Shown: piece by piece, positions 36,488 through 46,215 of the stretch
Layout of the letters: every line of letters begins with the position of its first letter
Position numbering within the stretch: the stretch's first letter is position 1
NCBI GenBank assembly: GCA_964473925.1
Contig: CAYYVW010000001.1
Coordinates: forward strand, 162,155-226,154
Direction: 5' to 3'
Source: an uncultured Verrucomicrobiaceae bacterium
GTDB lineage: Bacteria > Verrucomicrobiota > Verrucomicrobiia > Methylacidiphilales > CAYYVW01
DNA: 64,000 bases
Made by a program: the position numbers and the translations under genes
The notes under the pieces: model-generated
Told to the model about the DNA's origin: nothing
Seen by the model: only the letters and a program-made list of their open reading frames with translations
The model's database searches: none

Positions 36488-37813
36488 TTAAGACAACTTT
36501 GCATCCACCATGGCGAACATCAGCTCACCTTCGGAGACAATCTCTCCATTGACCAGACATTGCCCCACCGCACAGCCGATCTTGCCGCGATTGCGCGTGA
36601 GCTCAACCTGAATCATCAGCGTATCGCCCGGCAGCACTGGCTTGCGGAACTTAACCTTATCGGCGCTGAGGAAGTAGCCCAATCGCGTCGCCTCACTCTT
36701 CTGACGCAGCATGAGGATGCTCGCGACCTGCGCCATTGCTTCTACCTGCAACACGCCAGGCATGACGGGATGCCCCGGGAAGTGACCCGCGAAGTACGGC
36801 TCGTTGATCGTAATGCTCTTTTGGCCAATCGCCTTGTTTTCTCCCTCAAAACGGAGAATGCGATCCACCAAAAGGAAGGGATACCGGTGCGGCAAGATCG
36901 CCATCACTTGATTGATATCCAGACCCCCCTCACCTACCGGGATTCTCTCTACCGGCATGAGCTGCGCCTGGTACTGCCGGTACTGCTTAGCAATCGCCTT
37001 GGCCAGCTCGACATTGAGCGCATGCCCGGCTTTGGCCGCAAAAATATGTGCCTTGAGCCGGAATGGCAGGAGCGCAAGGTCGCCGATAATATCCAAAATT
37101 TTGTGCCGCACGAGCTCATCCGAGAAACGCAGCGGTTCGCGAGATAAAATGTTATCGCCCTGGATAACAATTGCATTCTCAAGGCTGCCGCCCTTGATGA
37201 GCCCTTTTTCCATCAGCGGCTCGACCTCTTCGTAAAACACGAACGTACGCGCCGGAGCAATCTCTTGGCCGTACGTTTTTTCACTGAGCGTGTAATTTAA
37301 AAACTGCGTGTGCTTGCCGAGGTGATTGGCGTTGACGCACGTCACTTCGAAGCGATCGGCGGGCCAAGCAATGGCATAGCCGCCATCTTTACCCATCACA
37401 CGGACCGGCTCGCGCAGTTCAAAGAACCGAACAGGGGCCTTAAGCTCGACCCGGCCCGCTGCTTCCAAAGCATTGGTGAAGATTTTGGCGCTGCCATCTC
37501 CGATCGGCGGCTCATTCGCGTTGAGTTCGAGGAAGGCATTGTCGATCCCCGCTCCGCGCAACGCGGAAAGGAGATGCTCAACCGTATGAATTTTAACGCT
37601 TCCTTCGCCGAGCGTTGTGGCGCGCTCAACCTGTTTGACTAAATCCAGATGCACCGAAATCATCGGCTCGTCCGGTAAATCCAAACGCTTGAAGACGTAT
37701 CCCGTGTCTGCAGGCGCCGGCTTGATCGTGAGCGTTACAGCATGGCCGGTGTGAAGGGCCGTGCCTTTGACTTGCGCCGGTCGCTCCACCGTAGTTTGCA
37801 TCAAAATTGACAT
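36488..37813 (-). CDS. lpxC-fabZ: Bifunctional UDP-3-O-acyl-GlcNAc deacetylase / 3-hydroxyacyl-ACP dehydratase (LpxC-FabZ fusion)
   Basis: LpxC: GTALHTGH, TVEHLLSALRGAGIDN, HKILDIIGDLAL. FabZ: ILPHRYPFLLVDRI, NEPYFAGHFPGHPVMPGVLQVEAMAQ. Start at 37813 (MSILMQ) is preferred over 37870. Confidence 0.9.
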   Translation of the reverse strand: MSILMQTTVERPAQVKGTALHTGHAVTLTIKPAPADTGYVFKRLDLPDEPMISVHLDLVKQVERATTLGEGSVKIHTVEHLLSALRGAGIDNAFLELNANEPPIGDGSAKIFTNALEAAGRVELKAPVRFFELREPVRVMGKDGGYAIAWPADRFEVTCVNANHLGKHTQFLNYTLSEKTYGQEIAPARTFVFYEEVEPLMEKGLIKGGSLENAIVIQGDNILSREPLRFSDELVRHKILDIIGDLALLPFRLKAHIFAAKAGHALNVELAKAIAKQYRQYQAQLMPVERIPVGEGGLDINQVMAILPHRYPFLLVDRILRFEGENKAIGQKSITINEPYFAGHFPGHPVMPGVLQVEAMAQVASILMLRQKSEATRLGYFLSADKVKFRKPVLPGDTLMIQVELTRNRGKIGCAVGQCLVNGEIVSEGELMFAMVDAKLS

Positions 37814-37934
37814 CGATGCGACATGCTTACCGTTCCTCGCATAATTAATCAAGCGAGGGATACGGCCCACTCCCGCATGCGCTTGACTTTTTCAAACCGG
37901 CACGCTGCCATGACGCGGTTCTGTTCCCACTGCT

Positions 37935-38723
37935 GTGAAAATTATTTTTTTAGGAGACGTCGTTGGAGAGCCTGGCCGGGATGTGGTCCGCGCCGCCATC
38001 GCTGACCTCAAGACGACGCATCAGCCCGATTTCTTCATCATAAATGGAGAGAACGCGGCAGGTGGTAACGGCATCACGCCACGCCTCTGTTACGAGCTGA
38101 TGCGCGCCGGCGCGGACGTCATCACGCTTGGCGATCATGCGTGGGATCAGCGAGAGATCCTGGACTTCATCGACTCGGAGCCGCGATTGATCCGCCCGCT
38201 CAATTTCCCGCAAGGAACGCCCGGGAAAGGCTCCATCGTTGTGTCGAGCAACGGAAAAAAACTAGCCGTTATCAACCTACTAGGCCGCGCTTTTATCAAT
38301 GCCGCGGTCGATAATCCATTTTTACTGATTGGACCAGAGCTCGAGCGCTTGCGCGCTGAAACGCCCTGCATTTTCATCGATTTTCATGCGGAAGCAACGT
38401 CTGAAAAAATCGCGTTCGGTCATGCCGTCGACGGCCAAGTCACCGCGGTCGTTGGGACGCACACGCATGTGCAAACTGCCGATGAAAAAATTCTCTCTGG
38501 CGGCACCGCGTATCTGACCGATGCCGGATTCTGTGGTCCGCATCACTCGGTCATCGGCCGGGATATTGCCAGCATCCTGCATCGGTACCGGACGCTCCTG
38601 CCCCAGCGTGCTCATGTTGCCACAGGCGGCTTGCAGGCAGACGGCGTTTTTATTGAGTGCGATGATGCCTCCGGCCGCGCGCTTAAAATTGAGCGTTTGC
38701 AATGGAAGCTGCCGGGCTCGTAG
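37935..38723 (+). CDS. YmdB-like metallophosphoesterase (2',3'-cyclic-nucleotide phosphodiesterase family)
   Basis: MKIIFLGDVVGEPGR, INGENAAGGNGIT, TLGDHAWD, DFHAEATSEK, GTHTHVQTAD. Confidence 0.8.
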   Translation: MKIIFLGDVVGEPGRDVVRAAIADLKTTHQPDFFIINGENAAGGNGITPRLCYELMRAGADVITLGDHAWDQREILDFIDSEPRLIRPLNFPQGTPGKGSIVVSSNGKKLAVINLLGRAFINAAVDNPFLLIGPELERLRAETPCIFIDFHAEATSEKIAFGHAVDGQVTAVVGTHTHVQTADEKILSGGTAYLTDAGFCGPHHSVIGRDIASILHRYRTLLPQRAHVATGGLQADGVFIECDDASGRALKIERLQWKLPGS

Positions 38724-38732
38724 CATGAGCGC

Positions 38733-40040
38733 GTGCCTGCGCGTTCGCCCTCTTCTACTGCAACTGAGTTGATTGAGAAGCCATTAACGGTCTCGCAACT
38801 CACGCAGCGGGTTCGCGCATCGCTGGAAGCCTCCATTGGGACGGTGAGCGTCGTGGGAGAAGTTTCCAACTTTCGCGCTCCGGCGTCTGGGCATTGGTAT
38901 TTCACACTCAAAGACAGCGGCTCGACGCTGCAGGCAGTGATGTTTCGGCACGATGCGATGCGGGCCCGGCTTGCGCTGCGTGACGGCCTTTCGGTGATCG
39001 CCCATGGTCCGATCACGGTGTACGAGCCGCGCGGACAATATCAGCTTCAAGTCACGCGCCTGGAAATGCAAGGCCATGGGGCGCTGCAAGCACAGCTCGA
39101 AGCCCTTAAGCAAAAGCTGCAAGCCGAAGGGCTTTTTGATCCAACCCGCAAACGTCCACTGCCTGTTTTCCCTGAGACCGTGGGAATCGTCACCTCCCGC
39201 ACCGGCGCCGCATTGCAGGATTTTTTACGTGTGCTTGAACGCCGCGCCCCGGGCATTCGCATTCAAGTTCGCGATGCGCGCGTGCAAGGACTGGAATCTG
39301 CGCGGCAAATCACCGCTGCGATCCGCGCGTTTAATCAAGCTGGGGAGATTGACGTGCTCGTCGTTGCTCGCGGTGGCGGCAGCTTGGAAGATCTGTGGGT
39401 TTTCAATGACGAGGGCGTCGCCCGCGCTTTGGTGGAATGTCGCATGCCCACCATTTCGGCCATTGGACACGAGACCGATTTCACGCTGGCGGACTTGGTG
39501 GCGGACGTTCGCGCGGCCACTCCTTCCGCAGCTGCTGAGATGCTCAGCCGCAGCTGGGAAAGCTGGCGGCAAAGCGTGGAAGAATACCGCCGGCAACTTT
39601 CCCACCACCTCCGGGTCCAGCTGGATCAATGGAACGCACGTCTACTCTTGTGCCGCAAAAGCTACGCTCTACGCGAACCTCGACGCGTCGTTCAAAATTA
39701 CGCCCAAAAACTCGATGGCATGATTGAAGCGTTGCAGCGCGGCTGGGCTCAATGGAAGGCCGAGCAGCGCTCTGCGCTCCAAGGCAATGCGGCGGTCTTT
39801 AAAGCCCGGCATCCGCGTCGAGCTATTGAAGAGAAGCGCCGCCTGCTGCGTGTCTGGCAGGAACGGCTGGAAGCCATCAGCCCTCGTGCCACGCTGCAAC
39901 GGGGATATGCGCTGGCGTTCGATGCGCGCGGGAATCTTGTCCGGAAGGCAGAGCCTGCGCTAGTCGGTCAACCTATCCGGGTGGAACTTGCTGCCGGAAC
40001 ACTTGCGGCGCAAGTGACTGCTGCACAAAAGAAAGATTAA
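38733..40040 (+). CDS. xseA: Exodeoxyribonuclease VII large subunit
   Basis: N-terminal OB fold (VSVVGEVSNFRAPASGHWYFTLKD), VGIVTSRTGAALQDFL, ARGGGSLEDLWVFNDE, ISAIGHETD. GTG start. Confidence 0.9.
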   Translation: MPARSPSSTATELIEKPLTVSQLTQRVRASLEASIGTVSVVGEVSNFRAPASGHWYFTLKDSGSTLQAVMFRHDAMRARLALRDGLSVIAHGPITVYEPRGQYQLQVTRLEMQGHGALQAQLEALKQKLQAEGLFDPTRKRPLPVFPETVGIVTSRTGAALQDFLRVLERRAPGIRIQVRDARVQGLESARQITAAIRAFNQAGEIDVLVVARGGGSLEDLWVFNDEGVARALVECRMPTISAIGHETDFTLADLVADVRAATPSAAAEMLSRSWESWRQSVEEYRRQLSHHLRVQLDQWNARLLLCRKSYALREPRRVVQNYAQKLDGMIEALQRGWAQWKAEQRSALQGNAAVFKARHPRRAIEEKRRLLRVWQERLEAISPRATLQRGYALAFDARGNLVRKAEPALVGQPIRVELAAGTLAAQVTAAQKKD

Positions 40041-40053
40041 GAGCTCGCAGGTG

Positions 40054-41451
40054 TTATTCCCCTGCACGCGCGGTCCGATCTATCACCTGGCTGAGCGACA
40101 GGAATGCTCCCTGCTCAACCAAAAGCTGCGTCGTTTCTCCCGCACGAATGGCAAACGGGACAAAGCTCCAATAAACCTGCCCTTGGCGAGTGGCGCGGAT
40201 CCACAGCAAATAAACGCCCGGCGCAAATTGCGGCTGACGCTGCAACTCTCGCCAAGAGACATGCCCTTCGGGGCTCAGCGTGAGCGGCATTAAAATTGCA
40301 GGCGTCGGAACTTGAAGGATTTTCTCGCGCAGCGGCGCTTCCAGCGCTTCTTGCGCACGGACGGCCTGCGTGACGCGCGACTCTTGCTGGCGCACTTCTT
40401 CCTGAATAGGCACGAGTTCGTTCTGCAGCTGTGTCTCTTCAGCGCTGAGCTTTTCTAACCGGCCTTGCAGCTCTTTGAGTGGCTCAGCGGAAGAGGCCTG
40501 GAGCCTGGTCGCCTCCTGCTTGAGCTCTTCCTTGCGCGCTTGCCAGTCTTTCATGTACTGACGCCATTCGGCTACCACCGACTCGGCCCAATCGCGCTCC
40601 GCCGCCCCGTTGACACCCTTGGGCGGATCATAGAGCGCTAGGCGAAATGCGTTGGCCCATGCCTCGGGCGAGGCGAGCTTTTCATCCAGCTCGTATTTGA
40701 CTTTGAGCTGCGCTGCACGTCCGCGGATTTGCGCCGCGACCTGATGCAAGCGCTCGTCGTACTGGACTTGCAACTGCTGCCAGCGTTTTTGCCAAAGCTC
40801 ATCGGCCTGCGATTTGGCGCTGTTGACGACCCGATCCATATCCGTCCGCGCGTCCGCCATGGATTGCTGGATCAAGCGCCGCTTCTCTTCTTTTCCGGCC
40901 GCATCAGCCTGTGCCTGAGCCTGTTGCCGGCGGGCTTGCGTTACGTCCGAGAGCATCGGCGCGCGCTGCTCGCGCCATTCCTGCGCCAATTCTAAAATAT
41001 CCGGCCGGAAATCTCGAACAAGCGCCGCTCCTTCCAGACGGAAATCATCCGCCGTCATGACGGAAAGCTCGAGCCGCGTTTCCTTCAAGAAATACTGAGC
41101 GCTAAACGCCAGCACCAGCACCCAGGCAATTAAGATGACGCGCCAAACCCACGCACGCCAACCGGTGAAAGGAGCGTCCACCCGCGAAGATCCGCCCTCC
41201 GTCACTTCTCCTTCGATGACAGCGGCATTGAGCGTTCGTTGACGGCGCGCGAGGAGCGGTTGCGGTGTTTTATCAAACTCCGGCGTAGTAGCCGTTGCCG
41301 AAACCGGAGGAGCAAGAGGAGGAGTTGGAGCACTGCCCCAGCTCGTTGGCGGAGGAAGCGGAGGAAGCGGAGGAGTCAGCGACGGAGGTGGCGGAGGCGC
41401 ACCGCCTGACGGCAACGAGCGTTGCAACAGCGGTACGGTGCGACGATCCAT
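40054..41451 (-). CDS. Membrane-anchored coiled-coil protein, Pro-rich N-terminus, unknown function
   Basis: PPPPPSLTPPLPPLPPP, then TM (WVWRVILIAWVLVLAFSAQYFL), then ~250 aa rich in Q/E/R/A heptads, then a short C-terminal domain. Last gene of the trpS-scpA-scpB string. Confidence 0.55.
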   Translation of the reverse strand: MDRRTVPLLQRSLPSGGAPPPPPSLTPPLPPLPPPTSWGSAPTPPLAPPVSATATTPEFDKTPQPLLARRQRTLNAAVIEGEVTEGGSSRVDAPFTGWRAWVWRVILIAWVLVLAFSAQYFLKETRLELSVMTADDFRLEGAALVRDFRPDILELAQEWREQRAPMLSDVTQARRQQAQAQADAAGKEEKRRLIQQSMADARTDMDRVVNSAKSQADELWQKRWQQLQVQYDERLHQVAAQIRGRAAQLKVKYELDEKLASPEAWANAFRLALYDPPKGVNGAAERDWAESVVAEWRQYMKDWQARKEELKQEATRLQASSAEPLKELQGRLEKLSAEETQLQNELVPIQEEVRQQESRVTQAVRAQEALEAPLREKILQVPTPAILMPLTLSPEGHVSWRELQRQPQFAPGVYLLWIRATRQGQVYWSFVPFAIRAGETTQLLVEQGAFLSLSQVIDRTARAGE

Positions 41452-41479
41452 GATGAACTTAGTTTAAATTAGGACCTTC

Positions 41480-42091
41480 TTATTCTTCTGTCACAGGAAG
41501 CGGCAGTTGCGCATCTGCCTCCGCGCTGACAGGCCAGCGCAACTCTTCAACCTGCGGCAGCTCGTGTAAATCTTTTAATCCGAATGCCTCCAAAAATTGC
41601 GCAGTCGTCACATATAACTGAGGCCGCCCCGGCGCATCCGCGCGTCCGGCGACCATCACCAAATCACGATCGAGCAAGCTGGCTAAGACTCCATCGACGG
41701 CAACTCCGCGAATAGACTCCACCTGCGCACGCGTTATCGGCTGGCGGTAAGCGATAATGGCCAGCGTCTCGAGCGCTGCCGGCGTGAGCCGCCCTGGGCG
41801 TGCCGTCTGCGTCAGTTGCGCAATCCACGGATCAAGCGCGGGGGCCGTACGAAGCTGATATCCCCCTGCAATCTGTCGCAGTTCCACCCCACGGCCATTC
41901 GCGTTGCACGCTTCCGCAAGCTTTGAGAGCGCAGCTTCAATTTCAGTAACGGAAACTTTACCGGCATCAAAACCATTCGCGGCTTCCGGATGCAATTCGG
42001 CCGCTTCTTTCAACGCTGTTTGAATCGCACTGGCAGCCAAAGGCTCACGCGCTGCAAACAGCAACCCTTCGAGTATCGTAATCAGTTCCAT
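41480..42091 (-). CDS. scpB: Segregation and condensation protein B
   Basis: ILEGLLFAAREPL, ETLAIIAYRQPITRAQVESIRGV, GRPQLYVTTAQFLEAFGL. Confidence 0.85.
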   Translation of the reverse strand: MELITILEGLLFAAREPLAASAIQTALKEAAELHPEAANGFDAGKVSVTEIEAALSKLAEACNANGRGVELRQIAGGYQLRTAPALDPWIAQLTQTARPGRLTPAALETLAIIAYRQPITRAQVESIRGVAVDGVLASLLDRDLVMVAGRADAPGRPQLYVTTAQFLEAFGLKDLHELPQVEELRWPVSAEADAQLPLPVTEE

Positions 42092-42105
42092 GAATGCATT
42101 TAAAA

Positions 42106-42915
42106 TTAGCCCGCTACGTTTTCCACACCGGTTTGAAGGCCAGCCTCTGTGATCGTGGACGCTGCTGCCCGAACGGTAATGGCACCTCGATCGGCGGCCT
42201 GCTCAATGCAAATCCGCTTGAGCCGCGTTAACTCAAGCAACGCCAGAAACGTCACGACGACTTCAACGCGAGACGCATCTTCGGGGAAAAGCTCCTCAAA
42301 CTGCACCGGCATGTGGGACTCCATACGCTCTAAAATTAGCTCCATCTTTTCAGAAACTGTCCACCGATCCTGGCCAATTTCATGCGTGGGGCCGAGCGCG
42401 CGCGTACGTTCCAGCACTTTTTGCAACGCAGCCACCAGATCAACCAGATGGACTTCCATCACACCGGGAGAGGTATTCCGGCGCGGCAGCCGATCCGTTT
42501 CAAACCATCCGCGGGCATGCGTCTTTTCCTGCAGCGCGAAAGAATCTTGCAAAGAAGCAGCGGCATCCTTGAATTTTTTGTACTCCACAAGTTGACGGAT
42601 GAGATCCCACCGCGGATCAATCTCATCGCCATCCTCGTCCGTCGGCGGCTGTTCCGCCACGGGTAAGAGGCTGCGGCTCTTCAAATAAACCAGCGTCGCC
42701 GCGATCACCAGAAACTCGCCGGCAACCTCAAGATTCATCTCCTGCATCTGTTCCAAGTAAGCGAGGTACTGCGTTGCAACCCGCTCCACCGGCAACTCGT
42801 ACAAATCGAGCTCTTCCTGCTTGACCAAGTGCAGCAGTAAATCGAGCGGCCCGTCAAACATGGGCAGCTCCACCCGCCACGGCGGAACAGAGTTAGGCTC
42901 AAGAGCGTAGATCAT
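42106..42915 (-). CDS. scpA: Segregation and condensation protein A
   Basis: FDGPLDLLLHLVKQEELDLYELPV, and VVVTFLALLEL near the C-terminus. Confidence 0.85.
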   Translation of the reverse strand: MIYALEPNSVPPWRVELPMFDGPLDLLLHLVKQEELDLYELPVERVATQYLAYLEQMQEMNLEVAGEFLVIAATLVYLKSRSLLPVAEQPPTDEDGDEIDPRWDLIRQLVEYKKFKDAAASLQDSFALQEKTHARGWFETDRLPRRNTSPGVMEVHLVDLVAALQKVLERTRALGPTHEIGQDRWTVSEKMELILERMESHMPVQFEELFPEDASRVEVVVTFLALLELTRLKRICIEQAADRGAITVRAAASTITEAGLQTGVENVAG

Positions 42916-42988
42916 GCGGACAGGAAGAAGATTCGGCCTCTAAGATGGCAATTTGCCCTCTCGCACGCAAGCACGCAGCGAGCCGGTT

Positions 42989-43972
42989 TTAGTCTAACCC
43001 CAGCGCCTTGCGCGCCGCCAAAATGGTCGGCTTGGCGATCGCTCGAGCGCGCTCTCCGCCTTCGTGCAGTATTGCATCCACCTTTCCCGGCTCTTTCATC
43101 AACTCGTTGTACCGCTCCCGCATGGGGGCAAAATAGGCCAGCAATCTTTCCGCAAGTGTCTTCTTCAAATCTCCGTAGCCGACGCCCCCGGCCTGCATCG
43201 CCCCCAGATATTCGCGATGCTCATCCGGAGTTGAAACAAACTGATGCAACGCGATCAGGACAGAATCTTTTATCGGCTTTGGCGCTTCGACCGGCGTCGA
43301 ATCGGTCTTGATCTGCATCACCTGCTTTACAAAAGCTTTCTCCTGCGCAAAGAGCTCAATCGTATTCCCGTACGACTTGGACATTTTCTGGCCGTCGGCT
43401 CCGGGTACGACGGCAACATCATCGAGAATATACGCCTCGGGCACCGTTAGGACGGGGCCAAACCGATCGTTGAATTTCTGCGCTAAATCACGCGCGATTT
43501 CCATGTGCTGCTTCTGATCTTTCCCTACCGGCACCAAGTTCGCTTGGTAAAGCAAGATATCCGCCGCCATCAAAATAGGATACGTGAAGAGAGAGTGGCT
43601 CGCAGCAATCCCGCGCGCGATTTTATCCTTATAACTGTGCGCCCGCTCCATGAGGCCCATCGGTGTTACTGTCGAGAGATACCACATCAGCTCCAAGTGG
43701 CCAAAGACGTCGCTTTGCCGAAACAGAATCGTCCGCTTGAGATCCAAACCCGATGCAATATATCCGGCTGCCAGCGCCGTCGACTGTCCGCGCAACACGT
43801 CCGGGTTTTCAAGCGACGTGAGCGCGTGCCAGTCGGCAACGAAATACAAACAATCCCCCTTCTCTTGTAGGGCGACCGCTTGGCGCATCATGCCGAAGTA
43901 GTTTCCAATGTGCAGCGCGCCAGAGGGCTGGATCCCTGAAATAATGCGCGGTCGGCTTTTTTGAGCAGTCAT
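42989..43972 (-). CDS. trpS: Tryptophan--tRNA ligase
   Basis: SGIQPSGALHIGNYFG (HIGH region), VPVGKDQKQH, KMSKS. The start at 43972 (MTAQKS) gives the usual ~327 aa; the track start at 44044 is also possible. Confidence 0.9.
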   Translation of the reverse strand: MTAQKSRPRIISGIQPSGALHIGNYFGMMRQAVALQEKGDCLYFVADWHALTSLENPDVLRGQSTALAAGYIASGLDLKRTILFRQSDVFGHLELMWYLSTVTPMGLMERAHSYKDKIARGIAASHSLFTYPILMAADILLYQANLVPVGKDQKQHMEIARDLAQKFNDRFGPVLTVPEAYILDDVAVVPGADGQKMSKSYGNTIELFAQEKAFVKQVMQIKTDSTPVEAPKPIKDSVLIALHQFVSTPDEHREYLGAMQAGGVGYGDLKKTLAERLLAYFAPMRERYNELMKEPGKVDAILHEGGERARAIAKPTILAARKALGLD

Positions 43973-44047
43973 GGTTTTTTCCGAAGACGCGAAATCCTGC
44001 CCGACCCTCCGCCGCTTGTCCAGAAGCGGCTTAGCATGTGCCACTCG

Positions 44048-45166
44048 CTAATGCGTATGAAAATTTTTGTAGACCCGCCGCACCCGCGTGCCGATGCCAG
44101 TTAAGATGTCATGCGCGATCGTATCCGCCCATTCGGCCAGTTCTTCCGAGCCGATCTCCCCTTCCCGCTGCACTCCCAACAGCACCACCTCGTCTCCCAA
44201 GCGCACTTTACCGGCCGCCGTTACGTCCACCACGATCTGGTCCATCGTCACCCGGCCCCGAACGGGGCACCGAACGCCATGCACCAGTACATGGCTGCGG
44301 TTGGAGCATGCGCGCGGATAGCCATCCGCATAGCCGACGGGGATCGTCGCGAGTACCTGCGCACGCGGCAATCGGTAGGCGGTGCCATAACTAATGGTCC
44401 GACCCGCCTTGACGCGTCGGACATACGTCACATGACTTTTCCAAGTGACGACGCGGCGCAAATCGAACTTCGTGACCTGCTTCATCCCGATCCCAAAGAG
44501 GGCGCGGCCGAGCCGGACCGCATTGGCGCGCATTTCCGGATACCGGAAGCAGGCCGGGCTGTTCGCCGCATGAACGAGCCAACGTGAAAGTTCCGCTGGA
44601 TGCTTCTTTAAAAAATGAACAAAGCGCTGCCATTGAAGATGAGTAAATTCAGAATCTTCATCCGCGCTGGCAAAATGCGTGTAAACCCCCGTCAGCTTCA
44701 CGTGCCGCAGCGTTTGGATGCGTTTGAGCAGCGCATCCGCCTCTTCATGCCAGACGCCCAGGCGGCCCATCCCGGTGTCGATCTTCAAATGGATGTGCGC
44801 CACGTGCTTGTGCTTGCGAGCGATCTCCTCCAGCCAGCGCGCCTCTTTCCAAGAAGAAACGGTAATGGTGCAATCGTGATGAATCGCGCTAGACATTTCT
44901 CCATGCAACAACGCGCCGAAAAGCAAAATGGGCTGATTAAGTTCCGCTTTGCGCAGCAAGCTGGCTTCCTGCAAATTTGCAACGGCGAAATGCCGCAGCT
45001 TGAGATGATGTAATTCCTTCGCGACAGAGATGAGCCCATGCCCATACGCATTGGCTTTGAGCACCGGGATAATCTGTGCTCCACTTGCGCGTAAGTGCCG
45101 CTCAATCACGCGAATATTATGCTTGAGCCACCGGCCATCGACCTCCACCCACGAGCGCGATATCAT
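44048..45166 (-). CDS. alr: Alanine racemase
   Basis: VLKANAYGHG (PLP Lys), THFASAD, GRVTMDQIVVD. Confidence 0.9.
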   Translation of the reverse strand: MISRSWVEVDGRWLKHNIRVIERHLRASGAQIIPVLKANAYGHGLISVAKELHHLKLRHFAVANLQEASLLRKAELNQPILLFGALLHGEMSSAIHHDCTITVSSWKEARWLEEIARKHKHVAHIHLKIDTGMGRLGVWHEEADALLKRIQTLRHVKLTGVYTHFASADEDSEFTHLQWQRFVHFLKKHPAELSRWLVHAANSPACFRYPEMRANAVRLGRALFGIGMKQVTKFDLRRVVTWKSHVTYVRRVKAGRTISYGTAYRLPRAQVLATIPVGYADGYPRACSNRSHVLVHGVRCPVRGRVTMDQIVVDVTAAGKVRLGDEVVLLGVQREGEIGSEELAEWADTIAHDILTGIGTRVRRVYKNFHTH

Positions 45167-45169
45167 ATA

Positions 45170-45751
45170 TTAGTTCGCTTCCAAATAAATTGGCTCTAGC
45201 TCCGCATTTTTCCAGCCGCTCGCAGAAGCGGGAACTTCCAGCAGCTTTTCCGCACGCGGGGTTTGAACGACATCAATAGACAAGACGGGCGCCGACGCAA
45301 CGGCCAATGTCATCTTGCTTGCTTCGTCTTCCACCTGCTCCTCTTTGATCAGATACGTCTCTTTGAGGAGTCTGCCGCATTCAAACACCGTCACGTAACA
45401 AAATCCTCGACGGGCTGAGCTGAAGACACCGAGCCGGGAAGCCTCCGGATGCTGCGCCGCAATCGCGTGCGCACTGGAAATTCCAACCACAACACTCCCC
45501 TGCGCCGCTGCGATCGCGTAACCGGTCGTAATGGCAATTCGAACGCCGGAGTACGATCCCGGCCCCAGCCCCACGACAATCTGATCGATCGTGCCCTTGT
45601 GAAGCTCGAGCTTTGCCAGCTCTTCGAACAACCGTTCGCCATGATGCGCTTGTCCGGCATGACTCCAGCTTGCGGATTCGATCACTTTGTCTCCTTGCGC
45701 AAGCGCGACGCTGGCCTCTGCGGTGGAAAGTTCGAGAGCAAGTCGCAACAT
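45170..45751 (-). CDS. tsaB: tRNA t6A37 modification protein TsaB
   Basis: LALELSTAEASVAL, VVGLGPGSYSGVRI. Start at 45751 (MLRLAL) preferred. Confidence 0.8.
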   Translation of the reverse strand: MLRLALELSTAEASVALAQGDKVIESASWSHAGQAHHGERLFEELAKLELHKGTIDQIVVGLGPGSYSGVRIAITTGYAIAAAQGSVVVGISSAHAIAAQHPEASRLGVFSSARRGFCYVTVFECGRLLKETYLIKEEQVEDEASKMTLAVASAPVLSIDVVQTPRAEKLLEVPASASGWKNAELEPIYLEAN

Positions 45752-45765
45752 AAAGCATTCGATTC

Positions 45766-46203
45766 TTACAGCACGCGCCACGTTACGCGCCGCCGATCGG
45801 GCGCAGATACTTCCAACTGATACCAGATCGTGCCCGGCGGCAGCAGCGCCTCCGCGCGCTCAGGCCATTCGAGTGCGGTGATCCCATCCACGCTTGGCAG
45901 GTACGCGTGCAGCATAGGATCTTTTGCCTCTTTCTGGCTTTCCAGTCGATAGAGATCCAAATGATAGAGCGGAAATTGTCCACCGCTTTGATATTCATGC
46001 ACCAGAGTGTAGGTCGGGCTCGTCACTTCATCCGTGCATCCCAAACCGGCTGCCAGGCCACGGATCACTTCGGTTTTACCAGCGCCCAGCGGCCCTTGGA
46101 ATGCCAGCACTTGTCCCGGCTTGCATTTCGCCGCGAGCGACGCGCCAAACTCCCGCGCCGCTTGCGCGCTTAAAAGTTCTACAAATTGCTGCGGAGAGGA
46201 CAC
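45766..46203 (-). CDS. tsaE: tRNA t6A37 modification ATPase TsaE
   Basis: LAFQGPLGAGKTEVIRG, SPTYTLVHEY, YHLDLYRL. Confidence 0.85.
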   Translation of the reverse strand: MSSPQQFVELLSAQAAREFGASLAAKCKPGQVLAFQGPLGAGKTEVIRGLAAGLGCTDEVTSPTYTLVHEYQSGGQFPLYHLDLYRLESQKEAKDPMLHAYLPSVDGITALEWPERAEALLPPGTIWYQLEVSAPDRRRVTWRVL

Positions 46204-46215
46204 GGGGATTAAACT

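Noticed and set aside
36488-37813. The LpxC-FabZ fusion and the SecD-SecF fusion (20368..22668) as possible novelties
   Set aside because: To my knowledge, both fusions are established architectures in several bacterial phyla. They are annotated as features but are not novel.
41349-41400. Tandem GGAGGAAGC-type nucleotide repeat
   Set aside because: It lies inside the 40054..41451 gene and simply encodes the PPLPPLPPP low-complexity N-terminus on the minus strand. It is not a CRISPR, a VNTR-like intergenic array or a mobile repeat.
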